In this document: in pieces, positions 1 to 13,298 of the stretch
How positions within the stretch are numbered: position 1 is the first letter of the stretch
How the letters are laid out: every line of letters begins with the position of its first letter
From: Eledone cirrhosa
Lineage: Eukaryota
Assembly: GCA_964016885.1 (NCBI GenBank)
Contig: OZ024741.1
Location: 399,218,001-399,282,000, forward strand
Direction of reading: 5' to 3'
DNA length: 64,000 nucleotides
The notes under the pieces: model-generated
Seen by the model: only the letters and a program-made list of their open reading frames with translations
What the model was told of the DNA's origin: nothing
Databases searched by the model: none
Made by a program: the position numbers and the translations under genes

Positions 1-185
1 TTTTTCCATTTCAGGAAGACGCGCTCCATCATCCACTTTTCTAAAAAATAAATCATACACAAAACACCAGCACCAACAGTTTTGCAAGAGATGTCAACAT
101 GAATGGAGCTGTTATTTTTATCTAAAGACATTTTTTCCAATTCCATCCCGCCCGTCCCCTCAATCTATCTTATTTGTCATTCTTT

Positions 186-220
186 CTTCTGATGAAGGAC
201 TAGCGTCCGAAACGTTAAAG
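186..220 (+). ncRNA. Minimal type I hammerhead ribozyme-like motif
   Basis: ctt-CTGATGA-a-GGAC tagc GTCC-GAAAC-GTT-aaag: intact core, 4-bp stem II, palindromic ACGT stem III, weak stem I. A related degenerate copy is at 37378-37411 (-). Confidence 0.6.
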
Positions 221-301
221 CCCTCTTCCTGCTATATCAAGTGTTAACCCAATATATACCTTCCATATACTGTACCGATTGTGTTGTTATTTCTGTTTAC
301 C

Positions 302-386
<85 letters not shown>

Positions 387-393
<7 letters not shown>

Positions 394-596
394 GTAGAAC
401 AGCTTTCAACGTATTTTTTTTTACTAAAGGAATTTTAGCCTAATAATGGGGTTTAGAACCCTCAGATAAATGAAAAAAGATGAGTATTGACGTCAATACT
501 CATCTTTTTCCATTTATCTGAGGGTTCTAAACCCCATTATCAGGCTAAAATTCCTTTAGTAAAAGAAAATACGGTGAAAGCTATTCTATTTTCTAA
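387..596. repeat. Fold-back inverted repeat (~105-bp arms, no loop) abutting (TA)n
   Basis: Centred on ttgacgtcaa (487-496). Arms are reverse complements with scattered mismatches, followed by an unpaired tail to ~633 and then (TA)n. Confidence 0.9.
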
Positions 597-707
597 TTTC
601 AAACCTGCTCACTGTTTCAAAACATACTTACTTATATATATATATATATATATATATATCTATTATAGATAACGAGGAATCAGTGATGCATCAAAACACG
701 ATTTATT

Positions 708-775
708 AACATATTACATATGTTTCTCCGACAGATCGAACCTGAATCTGCATTCGCAAGGTCCTCAGATATGTT
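708..775 (-). ncRNA. Type I hammerhead ribozyme motif
   Basis: Minus strand: stem I AACAUAU/AUAUGUU (7 bp), CUGAGGA, long stem II region, GAAAC-AUAU-GUA with palindromic stem III ACAUAUGU. Confidence 0.7.
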
Positions 776-905
776 TTGCGCTTTGAAAGCATTTCATCCG
801 ATTAATACTATATTCATCCGATATAATAATATACTCTGCTCTGCGCGAGCATTGAGTGCTCAAACGGCATACCGCCTACGGACGCATTTATTGCAACCTT
901 ACAGC

Positions 906-980
<75 letters not shown>

Positions 981-981
<1 letters not shown>

Positions 982-1120
982 CAGCTTACACATATGCAGG
1001 TTTAGATGACTTCCTCCAAGGTATATCTCGTTGGAGGCGTCTTGGGTGATTTAATGATAGGGACCCTAGTCCTATCATCTCATTTCTACAGCTGAGTAAA
1101 CTGGAGCAATGTGAAATAAA
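981..1120 (-). mobile_element. SINE group B, 5'-truncated (core plus tail i)
   Basis: Matches 38678-38920 and 63708-63952 (catttctacagctgagtaaactggagcaa and the cctccaa...ttggagg tail). Confidence 0.8.
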
Positions 1121-1380
1121 TAAGTTGCCGGGAAGGAAAGAATGCTAGCTTTTGTCATATTTAATACCATTAGGTTACCTGATTGTTTAAATAACGAAAC
1201 GGTTTTCTTTAAATGTCTTGGTCCTGTAATTTGAGCCGATATTTTTGTTCTGTTCGTTCCTAGCTAAGATGCTTTAGATTTATTTACTAAACTGGACAGA
1301 TATATTCGAAACATTTATGAAGATGAAGAAAATTCTAACCACAATCCATGGTATCGGACTGTGATCTCTTAGCTGCCCGT

Positions 1381-1667
1381 CGCTGCAGATAGAGCCGCTA
1401 CTTCTCCGAATTGAGAGATCACAGATCTGATACCATGGATTGTGGTTAGAATGTCTCAGGAAAGAATCGCTGGACGGATGTTATGGGCCAAACCAACTGG
1501 CAGGAGAACGAGGGGTAGACCCCGAATATGATGGTTGGATAACATCCATGAGCTTGGCTGGGTCTCAGCTGAGGATCCAGCCAGATCAATTGGAGGAGAC
1601 AGTTGCTTCTGACTGGACTCGGTGGAAGGAGTATTTGAGGACTCAGCTCCCACGAGCCTCCCATGGA

Positions 1668-1698
<31 letters not shown>

Positions 1699-1759
1699 AA
1701 GAAGAAGAAGAAGAAGAAGAAGAAGAAGAAGAAGAAGAAGAAGAAGAAGAAGAAGAAGA
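1381..1759 (+). mobile_element. RTE-clade LINE 3' fragment with (GAA)n tail
   Basis: Frameshifted translation EPLLLRIERSQ...VVRMSQERIAGRMLWAKPTGRRTRGRPRI*WLDNI...ASDWTRW matches the RTE C-terminal GxRxRGRP..W.D pattern and ends in (GAA)n. Confidence 0.85.
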
Positions 1760-1944
1760 CATTCCTTCCACGTGTATCTTCAGTAAAGATCTCACAGATG
1801 TAATTTAAACATCTGTGGAATATTTTGGTCTACTTCTAAACAACAGATTAAAGGAATTCTTGTCATAATTTGTTAATAAATACTTCCTAGCTGTTCATCT
1901 TGTTGTTGCTGTTGTCGTTGGTTTTGCTCACCTTAAATCTTTGT

Positions 1945-2208
1945 ATGATGGTGATGGTGATGGTGATAGTGATGATGATGGTGATGATGATGGTGATGGT
2001 GATGATCTGATGATGGTGATGGTGATGATTATGTTAAAATTGTATTTTTTATAAAATGTTTCATAACGATAGTTTGTTCTGGATATATATTGTATGGTAG
2101 TAGTGATAGTGGTAGTAGTAGTAGTAGTAGTGGTAGTAGTAGTGGTAGTAGCAGCAGCAGCAGTAGCAGCAGTAGTAGTAGTAGTAGCAGTAGTAGTAGT
2201 AGTAGTAA

Positions 2209-2244
<36 letters not shown>

Positions 2245-2562
2245 TAGTGGTAGTAGCAACAGCAGCAGCAGCAGTAGTAGTAATAGTAGTAGTAGCAGTA
2301 GTAGTGTTAGTAGTAGTTGTAGTAGCAGTTGTAGTAATACTTTGGTTAACTTTGCCTTTCTTCATTACGAGGCCGATAACATAAAGTACCAGTAATGCAC
2401 TGAAGTCGATTTAATCGACTTCCCCCTCCCACAAAATTGCTGGCCTAAATCAGAAACCATTATTATACCAGTAATGCACTGGGTAATTGCTGGCCTTGTG
2501 CCAAAAGTAGAAACAATTATTATTATTATTATTAGTGGTGGTGGTGGGGGTAATAATAATAA

Positions 2563-2646
<84 letters not shown>

Positions 2647-2860
2647 TAATAGTAGTAGTAGCAGCAGTAGTAGTAGTAGTAGTAGTAGTAGTAGCAGCAG
2701 CAGCAGCAATAGCAGCAGTAGTAGTAGTAGTAATAGTAGTAGTAGCAGCAGTAGTAGTAGTAGTACGATAATGACAACGACAATGATAATGATGATGGTG
2801 AGGAGGAGGAAGAGGAGGAAAAACAACGACAAGATGGAAGAAGAAGAAGAAGAAGAAGAG
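1945..2860. repeat. Trinucleotide microsatellite block (GAT/TAG/CAG/GAA) with a SINE group A fragment at ~2345-2520
   Basis: Directly visible repeats, which produce the poly-S/V/T/L/Y ORFs. Confidence 0.95.
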
Positions 2861-3294
2861 AAAGGGTGAGGATTAACAGAAGGGCGAGGAGTAAGAGGAA
2901 GGGGAGGAGAAGACGCTTCTGCCATTTTGATTTCTTGATATGTTGGCAGGCAAAAAATATAGAAAACTTGTGCTAATAATGCTTCCGTATACATTTCTGT
3001 GTTTGTTGTTTTTTATATCAACAAACAGCAATTTGATATGATGTTGATGAGGAGGAAGTGTTTAACCAGTTAGACAACCATGTTGGCATCATTCCCGTCC
3101 CTAGATAAATCTGATTTCTTACATTCCTAATTTCGAACAGATTTCTTTAATTAGACAACAGCGCAATCTTTTACTTGCTTTCACCAGTTTGACTGCCAAC
3201 ATGCTGGGACACCTCGCTCCCCACATAACGACGATCGTATCGGTTCCCCCTCCTCACACACACACACACACTCACACACGCATATATATATATA

Positions 3295-3791
3295 CAAGGG
3301 CCTTGTTTCGGGAGGAGGGGGAGGGGGACGACGACCAGGGGACAAGTCCGTCCCCCCCCACTTTTTCAAACGTCTATGTTTTATTTGTTTATTTGATATA
3401 ATTGTTTCTACTTTTGGCACAATGCCAGCAATTACCCCAGTGTGTTACTGGTACTTTATTTTATCGATTCCGTAAGGATGAAAGGCAAAGTTAACCTCGG
3501 CAGGATTTGAACTCAGACCATAGAGGGGTGTAACTCTATGCTGTAAAGCATGGCGTCCGACCCTCTACCGATACTGCCAATTCACCATTTGATTTATTTG
3601 ATATAATAAATTCTTTTTAAGCTTATTTTTTTAACATCTGAACTTCATTTGAATATATAAAATTTAATTAGCGTAAAATATTACTTATGTGATAGGGTCC
3701 AGGAAAGGTACCATAAGTAATTTATTCTCCTTTAAGAATCAACAAATGTTGGTTTGTGCCCCTCACATTTTTAAGGTAAACGAGGCCCCTG
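3295..3791. mobile_element. Non-autonomous TIR element (hAT-like MITE) carrying a nested SINE
   Basis: Termini caagggccttgttt and aaacgaggcccctg are imperfect inverted repeats, with tatatata on both flanks. Confidence 0.55.
3403..3592 (-). mobile_element. SINE group A (tRNA-like head, gcctttcatccttacggggtcgataaaataaagtaccag core)
   Basis: Full-length copy flanked by the 15-bp direct repeat tttatttgatataat (3388-3402 and 3593-3607). About 18 loci of this group occur in the window. Confidence 0.85.
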
Positions 3792-4701
3792 TATATATAT
3801 ATCCTGTCAACTTATTTGCTCCCAACTAGCAGATTAAGAATGAGAGTAAGTTTGAACAATGTTCCACATTTGTTATTGTTTTGTTTAAAGTACGCTCTAA
3901 TACCTGTTCTATCTTCCTCTCTCACTCACCTATTGAATCGTACAAGTTGTGAAATTGACCGGTTTACGCACGTGGTTGGTGAATATATCTAGAATTCGAA
4001 TTCTAACCAGCGCGCTGACTCTATATCACTGTCTAATCGCCTGTTGGCATTTAATGTCCGGAAAAGGTTTTAGGTACTGCCATTGTTACTGTCGTACTAT
4101 TTCTCACCATGGTACTTGGAGACTGGAGCCGAATGATACCATTCATTGTACAGCGATTGGAGACTGAATTTTTCTAATATCCGATTTTTCACTAACTTGT
4201 TAATTTGTGTTTGAGATATGTTGGCTGAGTGCTTATGGCTGGAGCGGAACTATTTGAATTTCATCTCCTACTGTCATGTAAATTTCTGAACCAGTAGCCA
4301 ATCAGTTGACGGCATTATGATGAGGCACAGGGATTTCAGTTGCTAATGTTTTACTATGTCGACCGTCACATACAGTCATAGCCGACACGGACTGGAATCG
4401 AATTCTGTCGATCGATTGGTTATTGATAAGGTGAAACCCGCTGGTGAAGCAACATGTGCCTATTGTGTATTGTTGCATAATAAATGCAGGCAGTGGATGC
4501 TGTGCACTCTATTGTGCAATAGGTGTGGCCGAAACTCGAGTACGGGTATAGTTGAAGGTACCCATTTACATGTGTTGAGTTGAAGCGAATAACTATGTCT
4601 ACTCTGGGATTTTACATAACATTATCTATTGAGTACGCTGAGATGCAACCCATACTAACAATGAAACCTATGCTAGTCCCGTCAACTTATTCATATATAT
4701 A

Positions 4702-5317
4702 TATGAATAAAATTAGAGCAAGAAGACAGGACTGTCCGTCATCAGTGATGTTCCAGCCATCATCGGTATTTCTTCGCATTATAGACCATATACCTCAGGC
4801 TGGTGCGAGCAATAACTAAAAAAGTTATTGGGACAAGTAGAATTGGGTGAGAAAGCGAGACATGTAAACAAACAGAGATGGTAATGCAACGGAAAGAGAG
4901 GCAGAGGGGGAAACAAGTCCGTGATATCTGTGAACTTAAGTTCGATCAAATCCTGGACGAGAAGAGAAGACACGTCCAGACCCTGTGAAATGTGAGCGAG
5001 AAAAGGATTTCACACAGTTCAGACGGGAGGAAGTGAGAAAGGGGGAGTAGCAGAGAGTGAGTGAGTGAAAGTGTGGGGAAGGTGCCAGCCGAGAGAGGGT
5101 GACTGGCAGAGGGGAGAATGAAGGTAAGAGATAGAAGGAGAGAGAAAGAGGATAGCAGTATGAAAGAAACAGACTGGTCACGGCGGAGGGAAAAATATAA
5201 ATGAAAAATAGAGTGCTGCGTTGTTGTAAATGGGATACATATGAATAAAATTAGAGCAAGAAGACAGGACTGTCCGTCATCAGTGATCTTCCAGATATCA
5301 TCGGTATTTCTTCGCAT
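4702..5317 (-). mobile_element. Non-coding element with ~75-bp terminal direct repeat (539-nt period), Penelope pLTR/retrozyme-like
   Basis: 4702-4778 is nearly identical to 5241-5317. Flanked by TA tracts, pyrimidine-rich on the minus strand, with only degenerate CUGA motifs. Confidence 0.5.
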
Positions 5318-5349
5318 ATATATATATATAATAATAATAATAATAATAA

Positions 5350-6450
5350 ATGACAGGAGGCTGGACTTGTGTAAATCCTGGAAAGGTTTATTATACTATG
5401 ATCATTTCAATGACCGGGTTCCGTATGAATCCAGTGATATCACCAGGTATTCGAAATATAATAAATGAATGTAATAGATAAAATCCATGGGGCTGAAAAT
5501 CAAAGACCGGAGGACGACCGACCATCTAGCATATTCCACTTTAGCCGGTCACCCTCAAGTGCTGGCTATTCGGTCTACTTGAGGCTATCTGGTGAGGGGG
5601 GGGGGGGGGTAAAGCTTATAGTGTACTACTACCCTCCCGGCCAATTAGAAGAAAAACAGAAAGGGGGAGGAAGATAAATCAGCGTTAATATCATGCTACA
5701 CGAAAAAAGACAGAAAGAAGAAGGATGAAAAGGAAGGAGAAAAGTCAGCGTTAGTGTCAAGCTACAAGAAGAAAGACAGAAAGAAAGAGGAAGAAAAGTC
5801 CGTACTAATGTCAAGCTAGTCAGGCCAGCAATGCCGCGAAAAAATTTATTCTAAAGGACCCGTATCTTAACCGAGGTATATATTATAACAGAGGTAAATA
5901 TAGTGGGAGTCTGCATGTTATAATGTGTGAGCAGAAGATTGGAACGTTAAATTTTTGTTTAGATTTATAGGATGAAGTTATAAAAATTTAATATTTAAGA
6001 TTAACATTATAAAATTAAATAAATTAGAAAATTGAAAATTAAACAGTTTAAAATTTTTAAGGTTTTGGTTGCGAGGTTTAAGTAAAGAAAGAGTCTTTTA
6101 TGAAGAAACTTAAATTGTATTATAGAGTAAAGATGATGTCTTTGTTTAGCAGTCAAACAGCATGCGGCGACTGTAGGCTCCGTCGGCCCATCTTAAGCGC
6201 GTGTCAGCCATTCTGAGTGAGATCGCCTAGCGAAAGATATGGAAATCAATTTTCCAAGCACTCTAGGAATGTATAACAGGCTTCAGGTGCGCCAGTGGGA
6301 AGTCAGCCCTCATCGTTAGGCCATCCTTGTACCAAACCAGTACTATTAATTTACGCAGGAGGGGGATTTGTTTAAGTAGAGGGAAGCATGATACATCTAA
6401 TATTTATGATTAGGTCTACAATTTAAAGGTACTATATGGCGGTCAAAAAA
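5350..6450 (-). mobile_element. ~1.1-kb HHR-terminated repeat, copy 1
   Basis: Reverse-complement homologue of 35820-36845. The HHR at 5393-5450 has a mutated core (CUGGUGA) and the element ends at TA/TAA repeats. Confidence 0.8.
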
Positions 6451-6469
6451 TATAGGGTAATATGTACAG

Positions 6470-6752
6470 GCCCCCTTCGATCATGAATGACAATTAGATT
6501 TGCACCTAGAAAGTTCCCCTTCGAAGCACAATTCCGGGCAAGGTTTTTTGTGGAAGACCAGCAGTCTCCCCTGTAAACCAGTCACTCTTCTCCATGCCAC
6601 CGATGTTGTCAAAGGGAAACGCAATGGCCGATACACCTTGACATCAGTGACGTCACAACTCATTTCTACAGCTGAGTGAACTGGAGCAACGGGAAATAAA
6701 GTCTCTTGTTCAAGGACTCAACGTATCACCCGTTCCGAGAATCGAACTCACA
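6470..6752 (-). mobile_element. SINE group B with tail ii
   Basis: Same core (catttctacagctgagtgaactggagcaac...aatcgaactcaca) with a different 3' tail. Confidence 0.75.
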
Positions 6753-6844
6753 AATATATATATATATAATAGATAGATAAACAATGAGTTATTTGGTTTG
6801 TTATTTGGTTTGTTATTTTCCAGTTATTAATATTATTGATATAA

Positions 6845-6920
6845 TAGATAGATAGATTTCTATTTATTGCCACTAGGGCGCAAAAGAAGGGGACAAATAC
6901 AAGGGGGGAGTTTACAGATA
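6845..6920 (-). mobile_element. Tx1-like LINE extreme 3' end in (GATA)n
   Basis: tttattgccactagggcgcaaaagaaggggacaaatac matches 21781-21830 and the reverse complement of 31895-31940. Confidence 0.65.
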
Positions 6921-7274
6921 GGTAGATAGATATTGAAAATGTAGGTGCTTCAACGTGTTTATTTATATGAATAATAGCCTAACTAATTCTGCATAAAACC
7001 CCTAGAGGGAAAAATAGTTGACAGCGTGGCACGCACACACACACACACACACACAAGCAGAAATATATGGTGAAGAAAGTAAGAATTTTGTTATTAAATG
7101 TCTTGCTTTCTCCACCAGATATATTTCTGCTTATCTTCTGCACATAAACTTTAAATATCAATTTCATTGTATCTAATCTCGCGTCTTTAATCATTGAGCA
7201 GGCTTCGCTCGTCTAAAGGATCTAACATATCATAATTCCTTCTCCTCTATTCTTATGATATATGACTCTTATTT

Positions 7275-7340
<66 letters not shown>

Positions 7341-7342
<2 letters not shown>

Positions 7343-7840
7343 TAGCCGAATTACCCGCGCCTTGCTGCGTTTCACACATTTTTTTGTAAGAAAATGATGA
7401 TTGATTTTAAATCAGTCATATAATTTATGGAGAAAAACTCTGCATTTCAATATTACTCAATGTAAAATGTAATGAATGAAAAATTGGAAAACATTATTTT
7501 TTGTAATATATCAAAGCAACATTACATTATTAAATCTTATTCTTATTTTGTTTCTTGTAAATAATTTTTTTCAAAATATCAATTCAAAACTTTTGTGAAT
7601 AGGCATCATATCTTGTAATTTACCTATGGTTTAAATTTCATATAAATAGAAGGGAAAACATTTTCAGCGGGGATTTTCAGCGGGAGTTTGTGCCCACGGG
7701 GAACCCTTTGATTAAAATGAAATATACTTATCCAAGTACCCTGGGCAATGTAGTTTCAGAATATATATGGTTATGGGGGTCTATCTCCAAAACCATAGGA
7801 GGAGTTCGTGGACAAACAAACAAACAAACAGACAGGAACT
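7341..7840 (-). mobile_element. Non-autonomous Helitron-like element, uninterrupted copy
   Basis: The minus-strand end is gcaaggcgcgggtaattcggCTAG|t and there is a (ctgt/ttgt)n repeat near the 5' end. Homologous to 12666-14496. Confidence 0.65.
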
Positions 7841-8123
7841 ACAACTTTGCCTTTCATCCTTACGGGGTCGATAAAATAAAGTACCAGTAATACACTGGGA
7901 TAATTGCTGGCCTTGTGCCAAACGTAGAAACAATTATATTATATTATTAATTTATGTTCAAAGACGGAGCAATACCTCCACAATACAAGAGGTATCAATA
8001 TTGTGACTTATCTTCAGGTGCTTACACGAGTTATACACACACACACACACACACACACTCAGGCACACACACACACAAACACACACTCAGACGCACACAC
8101 AATCAGACGCACACACACACTCA

Positions 8124-8186
<63 letters not shown>

Positions 8187-9242
8187 CCACACACAAGGGG
8201 GTTTTTCAATTTCTGTTAACTAAATTTCACAAAGTTGGTATTTGTCAACTTGAGACAACAGTATATGACATTTACCCAGAGTGGGACCAAACCTGAAACC
8301 CTGTGACTGTGAAACGAACTCCTTCACTACATAACCCTGTCCCCACCTTAGCCTTTCTATGCTTTTGTGTTTAGTTAGAAATGTTCTAATTGTTCGTCCC
8401 GTGCTTATTTTGTATCGTTAGGAATAATTACCATTTGGAATGACATTATCGGTAGGGCTTCGGACACTCTGCTTTGTGGCATAGAGTTACAGCCCTTTAC
8501 GTTCTGAGTTCAAATCCCGATGAGGTTAGTTTTGCCTTTCATCCTTACGGAGTCCATAAAGTACCAGTAACGCACCGGTGTTGATTTAATCAACTTTCCC
8601 CTTCCATTAACTAATAATAAACTGAAGTGAAAAACAGCCGGTGTGTGTGTTTCTATTGGTATCATGACACTAGCAAAGTAAAACAATATCTTTTTCAGCA
8701 CATGATTTCACATAAAGAAATCTTGCTAAACGTTATCTAATATATCATTACAGATTTATTAATAGTTCCCCCACAACCTTTGATATACCACCTCATTCGC
8801 TATATATCTGTGAGTGCATATGTATGTGTATATGTGTGTATGTCCATATGTGAGTATGTGTGTATATGTATACATGTATGCATGTTATCTGTGTATATGT
8901 GTGTGTATATCTCTATGTGTGTGTATATGTAGGTGTGTGTATGTGTGTATATATATGTGTGTTTATGTGTGTCTGTGTATATGTGTCTGTGTATATGTGT
9001 GAAGCAGATATAAACCTATACGGGTGAACGATTCACGGGTGAAAAGAATCCCCTTCATATATGCCAGAAATTCCACCAGAGAATGCATCAAAATCATCGC
9101 AATTCTCCCCTAATATTGAGCTCCTATCTATGTGTGTGTGTGTGTGTATGTGTGTGTGTGTGTATGTGTGTGTGTGTGTGTGCGTGTATGTGTGTGTGTG
9201 TGTGTGTATGTATATATGTATGAATGTATGTATGTGTGTATG

Positions 9243-9274
<32 letters not shown>

Positions 9275-9277
<3 letters not shown>

Positions 9278-9619
9278 ATTTTTCTGGATTTATAATTTCA
9301 CAAATGTTTGCCAATAGAGAGAGAGTCGGTTTCTAACAGACACAACACTCTCTCATTGGAAGTTACACACCATCAACTAGGTAGATATGTAAATATGCAG
9401 GTATGCATACATACATATCTACCTAGATATGTGCATATTTTGAGTTGTATGTGTGCATGTGCATATATTTGTATCTGTACATGTGTATATGCAGTTATTA
9501 GATGCAACATTTTTGGAATGTTTTACATATTTTTACTGTTTTATTAATGGATTGTACTTGTAATTTCCTAACTAGTTGTGTTCTTTCTGTTCCTGTGAAG
9601 CCTAGCTTCTCAAGATTTG

Positions 9620-9620
<1 letters not shown>
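9275..9620 (-). mobile_element. Probable 3' end of an RLE-type (R4/Dong/NeSL-like) non-LTR retrotransposon
   Basis: TNLEKLGF...LVRKLQVQSINKTVKICKTFQK* resembles the C-terminal L..LG...LQ.....T.KI.R helix of restriction-like-endonuclease LINEs. Lies between microsatellites. Confidence 0.45.
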
Positions 9621-9716
<96 letters not shown>

Positions 9717-10058
9717 GTATGTGGGTATGTGTGTATGTATATATACACACACACTCACACACATATTCTCTTTTACTCTTTTACCTGTTCCAGCCATACA
9801 GCTGAGGCCATGCTGGGGTATATACATATATATATACATATACATATATATGTATGTGTGTGTATGTATACATGCATGTTTGTATGTTCTTCATATATAT
9901 ATATATTATTTCAAAATATTAATAAATATAGACATTCATGTGATCAAATATATTTGTTTGCTCAGTACGCCCTCATCAGATAAAATAAATTGATGTCTGA
10001 CATACCTCAACTGTGCTGATGGTTCAATTCCCGTCTTCTGGTTATATATATATATATA

Positions 10059-10233
<175 letters not shown>

Positions 10234-10342
10234 TTAATATCTAGTAACATATATATACATACAGATGCATATCAATGCTAGCAAATATATAGGTTTTGTC
10301 TTAGTAACTTTGTGGTTCAATGCATGGGGTTGCAGAACAATA

Positions 10343-10953
<611 letters not shown>

Positions 10954-11510
10954 GTATATATATATATATAAATTTATTTCATCTCTTCCATTATATCTTA
11001 TCGTATTATTTTCACTTCTAATATAACTTACAATTAATTAATTAATTATTTAATTAATTTATTAATGTAACTAATACATATATGAATATATTTAACATTT
11101 TCATGTTTATACCATCATATCTCTATATGTTAACCACCAACACCACAACTACTCTCAATAATTATACTATGTTTACTTTTCTTCGCACACATTAAATTTA
11201 TTTTTTATCATATTTTGTATTATTTTTCATCATCCTCGTTATAACTTATTTATTAACATTTATTCATTTACTGTAAATAAAACCCTTTTTTTGTACTGTT
11301 ATTCTTGTACATATTATTCTTCACTATTTCAATATTATTACTCCAAGATAAACTTACATAGGAATTCACGAGAACTCACAAACTCGCCACCTACGGAAAC
11401 CTCTTGTTGAGTCAAACAATGCCGTACGCTAAAACTATCCACAATACGGAGTATTCACTACCTCTAACTGGATTACCTCTAACGATATTTTGTTATCCCT
11501 CATATATATA

Positions 11511-11628
<118 letters not shown>

Positions 11629-11701
11629 TGTGTATGCAAGATACCCGTAGCTAAAACGTCAAGGAAACAATGTTCAATCTAGTACAAAAGATCTTATGTA
11701 G

Positions 11702-11853
11702 TTTATATTGCAGTTGATACTTAACATGTATGAGCTGCCTTAAGTTTCAGGGTCCAGTTTCAGAATGACTCCTTCAGTAAACAGTGGTGGCCATAACTGG
11801 ACCCCGAAACCCAAGGTCCCGCATATATGTTAAGTGTATGAACTGTAATATAA
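11702..11853. repeat. Diverged fold-back inverted repeat
   Basis: tttatattgcagtt...gtttcagggtccagtt pairs with aactggaccccgaaac...aactgtaatataaa. Confidence 0.7.
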
Positions 11854-11928
11854 AAAAAAAATATATATATATGTTAAATATGCATACATGTTAAGTGTAT
11901 AAACTGTAGTATATATATATATATATAT

Positions 11929-12140
11929 ATATTTGAAAAAAAAGGAAAAGAATGATTTCACTTGTAGTTCTAAACAATTTGATTTAATTTTATAATATTA
12001 TAATTTTATAATATTATAATATTAAAATTCTTCCCACCAAAGTTAAGAACTTACTAGATCTACCAACTCATAATATTATAATATAATAAAATTGTTTAGA
12101 ACTACAAGTGAAATCATTCTTTTACTTTGTTTCAAATATA
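11929..12140. repeat. Fold-back inverted repeat between (TA)n tracts
   Basis: aaaagaatgatttcacttgtagttctaaacaattt pairs with aaattgtttagaactacaagtgaaatcattctttt. Confidence 0.85.
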
Positions 12141-12169
12141 CCTAACAGTACCAAGGATCTCACACATTT

Positions 12170-12204
<35 letters not shown>

Positions 12205-12211
<7 letters not shown>

Positions 12212-12452
12212 TAAAGTAACAGATTAAAGTTTAAGAAAAGAATCGCTGCTTTCACCCTTAACGGGATCTTCTGAAACTGAGAAGCTCCCGTTAAGGGTGA
12301 AGCTCCCGTTAAGGGTGAAAGCAGCGATTCTTTGCTTAAACTTTAATCGGTTATTTTAATAAATATTTGTTCTACGGTTTTTATATATTTGATATATATT
12401 TATCCTTATCGAGCCCTCTTTGGATTTTAGTCTTCAAATTTATTATTATTAC
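12205..12452 (+). mobile_element. Fold-back element with degenerate HHR-like centre
   Basis: Palindrome at 12205-12365 plus an unpaired tail. The centre reads ctgagaag-ctccc gttaa gggt-GAAAG. A deleted derivative is at 36890-37022. Confidence 0.75.
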
Positions 12453-12464
12453 TATATATATATA

Positions 12465-12625
12465 TAACAAGGAGTGTGTGGTAAGATACCAGGTAGACCA
12501 TAACCCACCAGAGTACTCAATACTTAGGGTAGTAGAGTGGATAATAGGAAAAGCGTCAGGACCCCGAGACGCTCGGATCTAGCTGTCGAAACGGCCGGAG
12601 CTCAACCGTCGGGGTCCTGACTCTT

Positions 12626-12630
<5 letters not shown>
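12465..12630. mobile_element. Short fold-back repeat family (copies 31106-31311 and 56020-56150)
   Basis: Shared gtcgaaacggc..gagctca.ccgtcggggtcctgactc and accataacccaccagagtactcaatacttagggtagtagag segments. Confidence 0.8.
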
Positions 12631-12668
<38 letters not shown>

Positions 12669-13253
12669 CTGTCTGTTTGTTTGTTTGTTTGTTTGTTCAC
12701 AAACCCCTCCTATGGTTTTGGAGATAGACCCCCATAACCATATTTATTCTGAAATTACATTGCCCAGGGTACTTGGATAAGTGTATTTCATATTAATCAA
12801 AGGCTACCACGGGGGCACAAATCCCCGCTGAAAAGGTTTCCCCTTCCATTTATATGAAATTTAAACCATAGATAAATGACAAGATATGATGCCTATTCAC
12901 AAAAGTTTTGAAATGATATTTTTAAAAAATTATTTAATTTACAAGAAACAATATAAGAATAAAAACAAATAACGAAACGAAATTAAATTTCGTTTCGTTT
13001 GTAACTCACTTTTGTATGACTGACGCTTAAACAATTAAGTTAAAGATGTACATCCATATATGTATACTGAAATACTAGTATGTATATGAATACACACACG
13101 TATACATATGTAGATGTACCAAGTTTTTTCACTGGTCACTTTACTGTGAGTGGCCAGCTATTCTGTATGTAAACACACAGACAAACCGGTTTTTAGAGTC
13201 ATACTGTTTTTGAGGAAACACCTTTCCTCTATTCTCCAGAAAGCCAGACAAGG

Positions 13254-13298
13254 AATATTGAACTAGTTTCGTTGTTGTTACAACTCATCAGCAATATT
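13254..13298 (-). ncRNA. Minimal type I hammerhead ribozyme (466-nt unit, copy 1)
   Basis: AAUAUUG-CUGAUGA-GUUGU aaca ACAAC-GAAAC-UA-GUU-CAAUAUU. Confidence 0.85.

Noticed and set aside
1770-1790. CTGAAGA on the minus strand as a hammerhead (similar cases near 8010 and 9973)
   Set aside because: There is no properly placed stem II plus GAAA and no closing stem I.
1928-2994. Poly-T/S/V/L/Y ORFs, and all YI/CV/HT/ER-repeat ORFs elsewhere
   Set aside because: Microsatellite translations.
3900-4690. Unique-looking region with short ORFs as a host exon
   Set aside because: No recognisable protein motif or convincing splice pair was found, so it is left unannotated.
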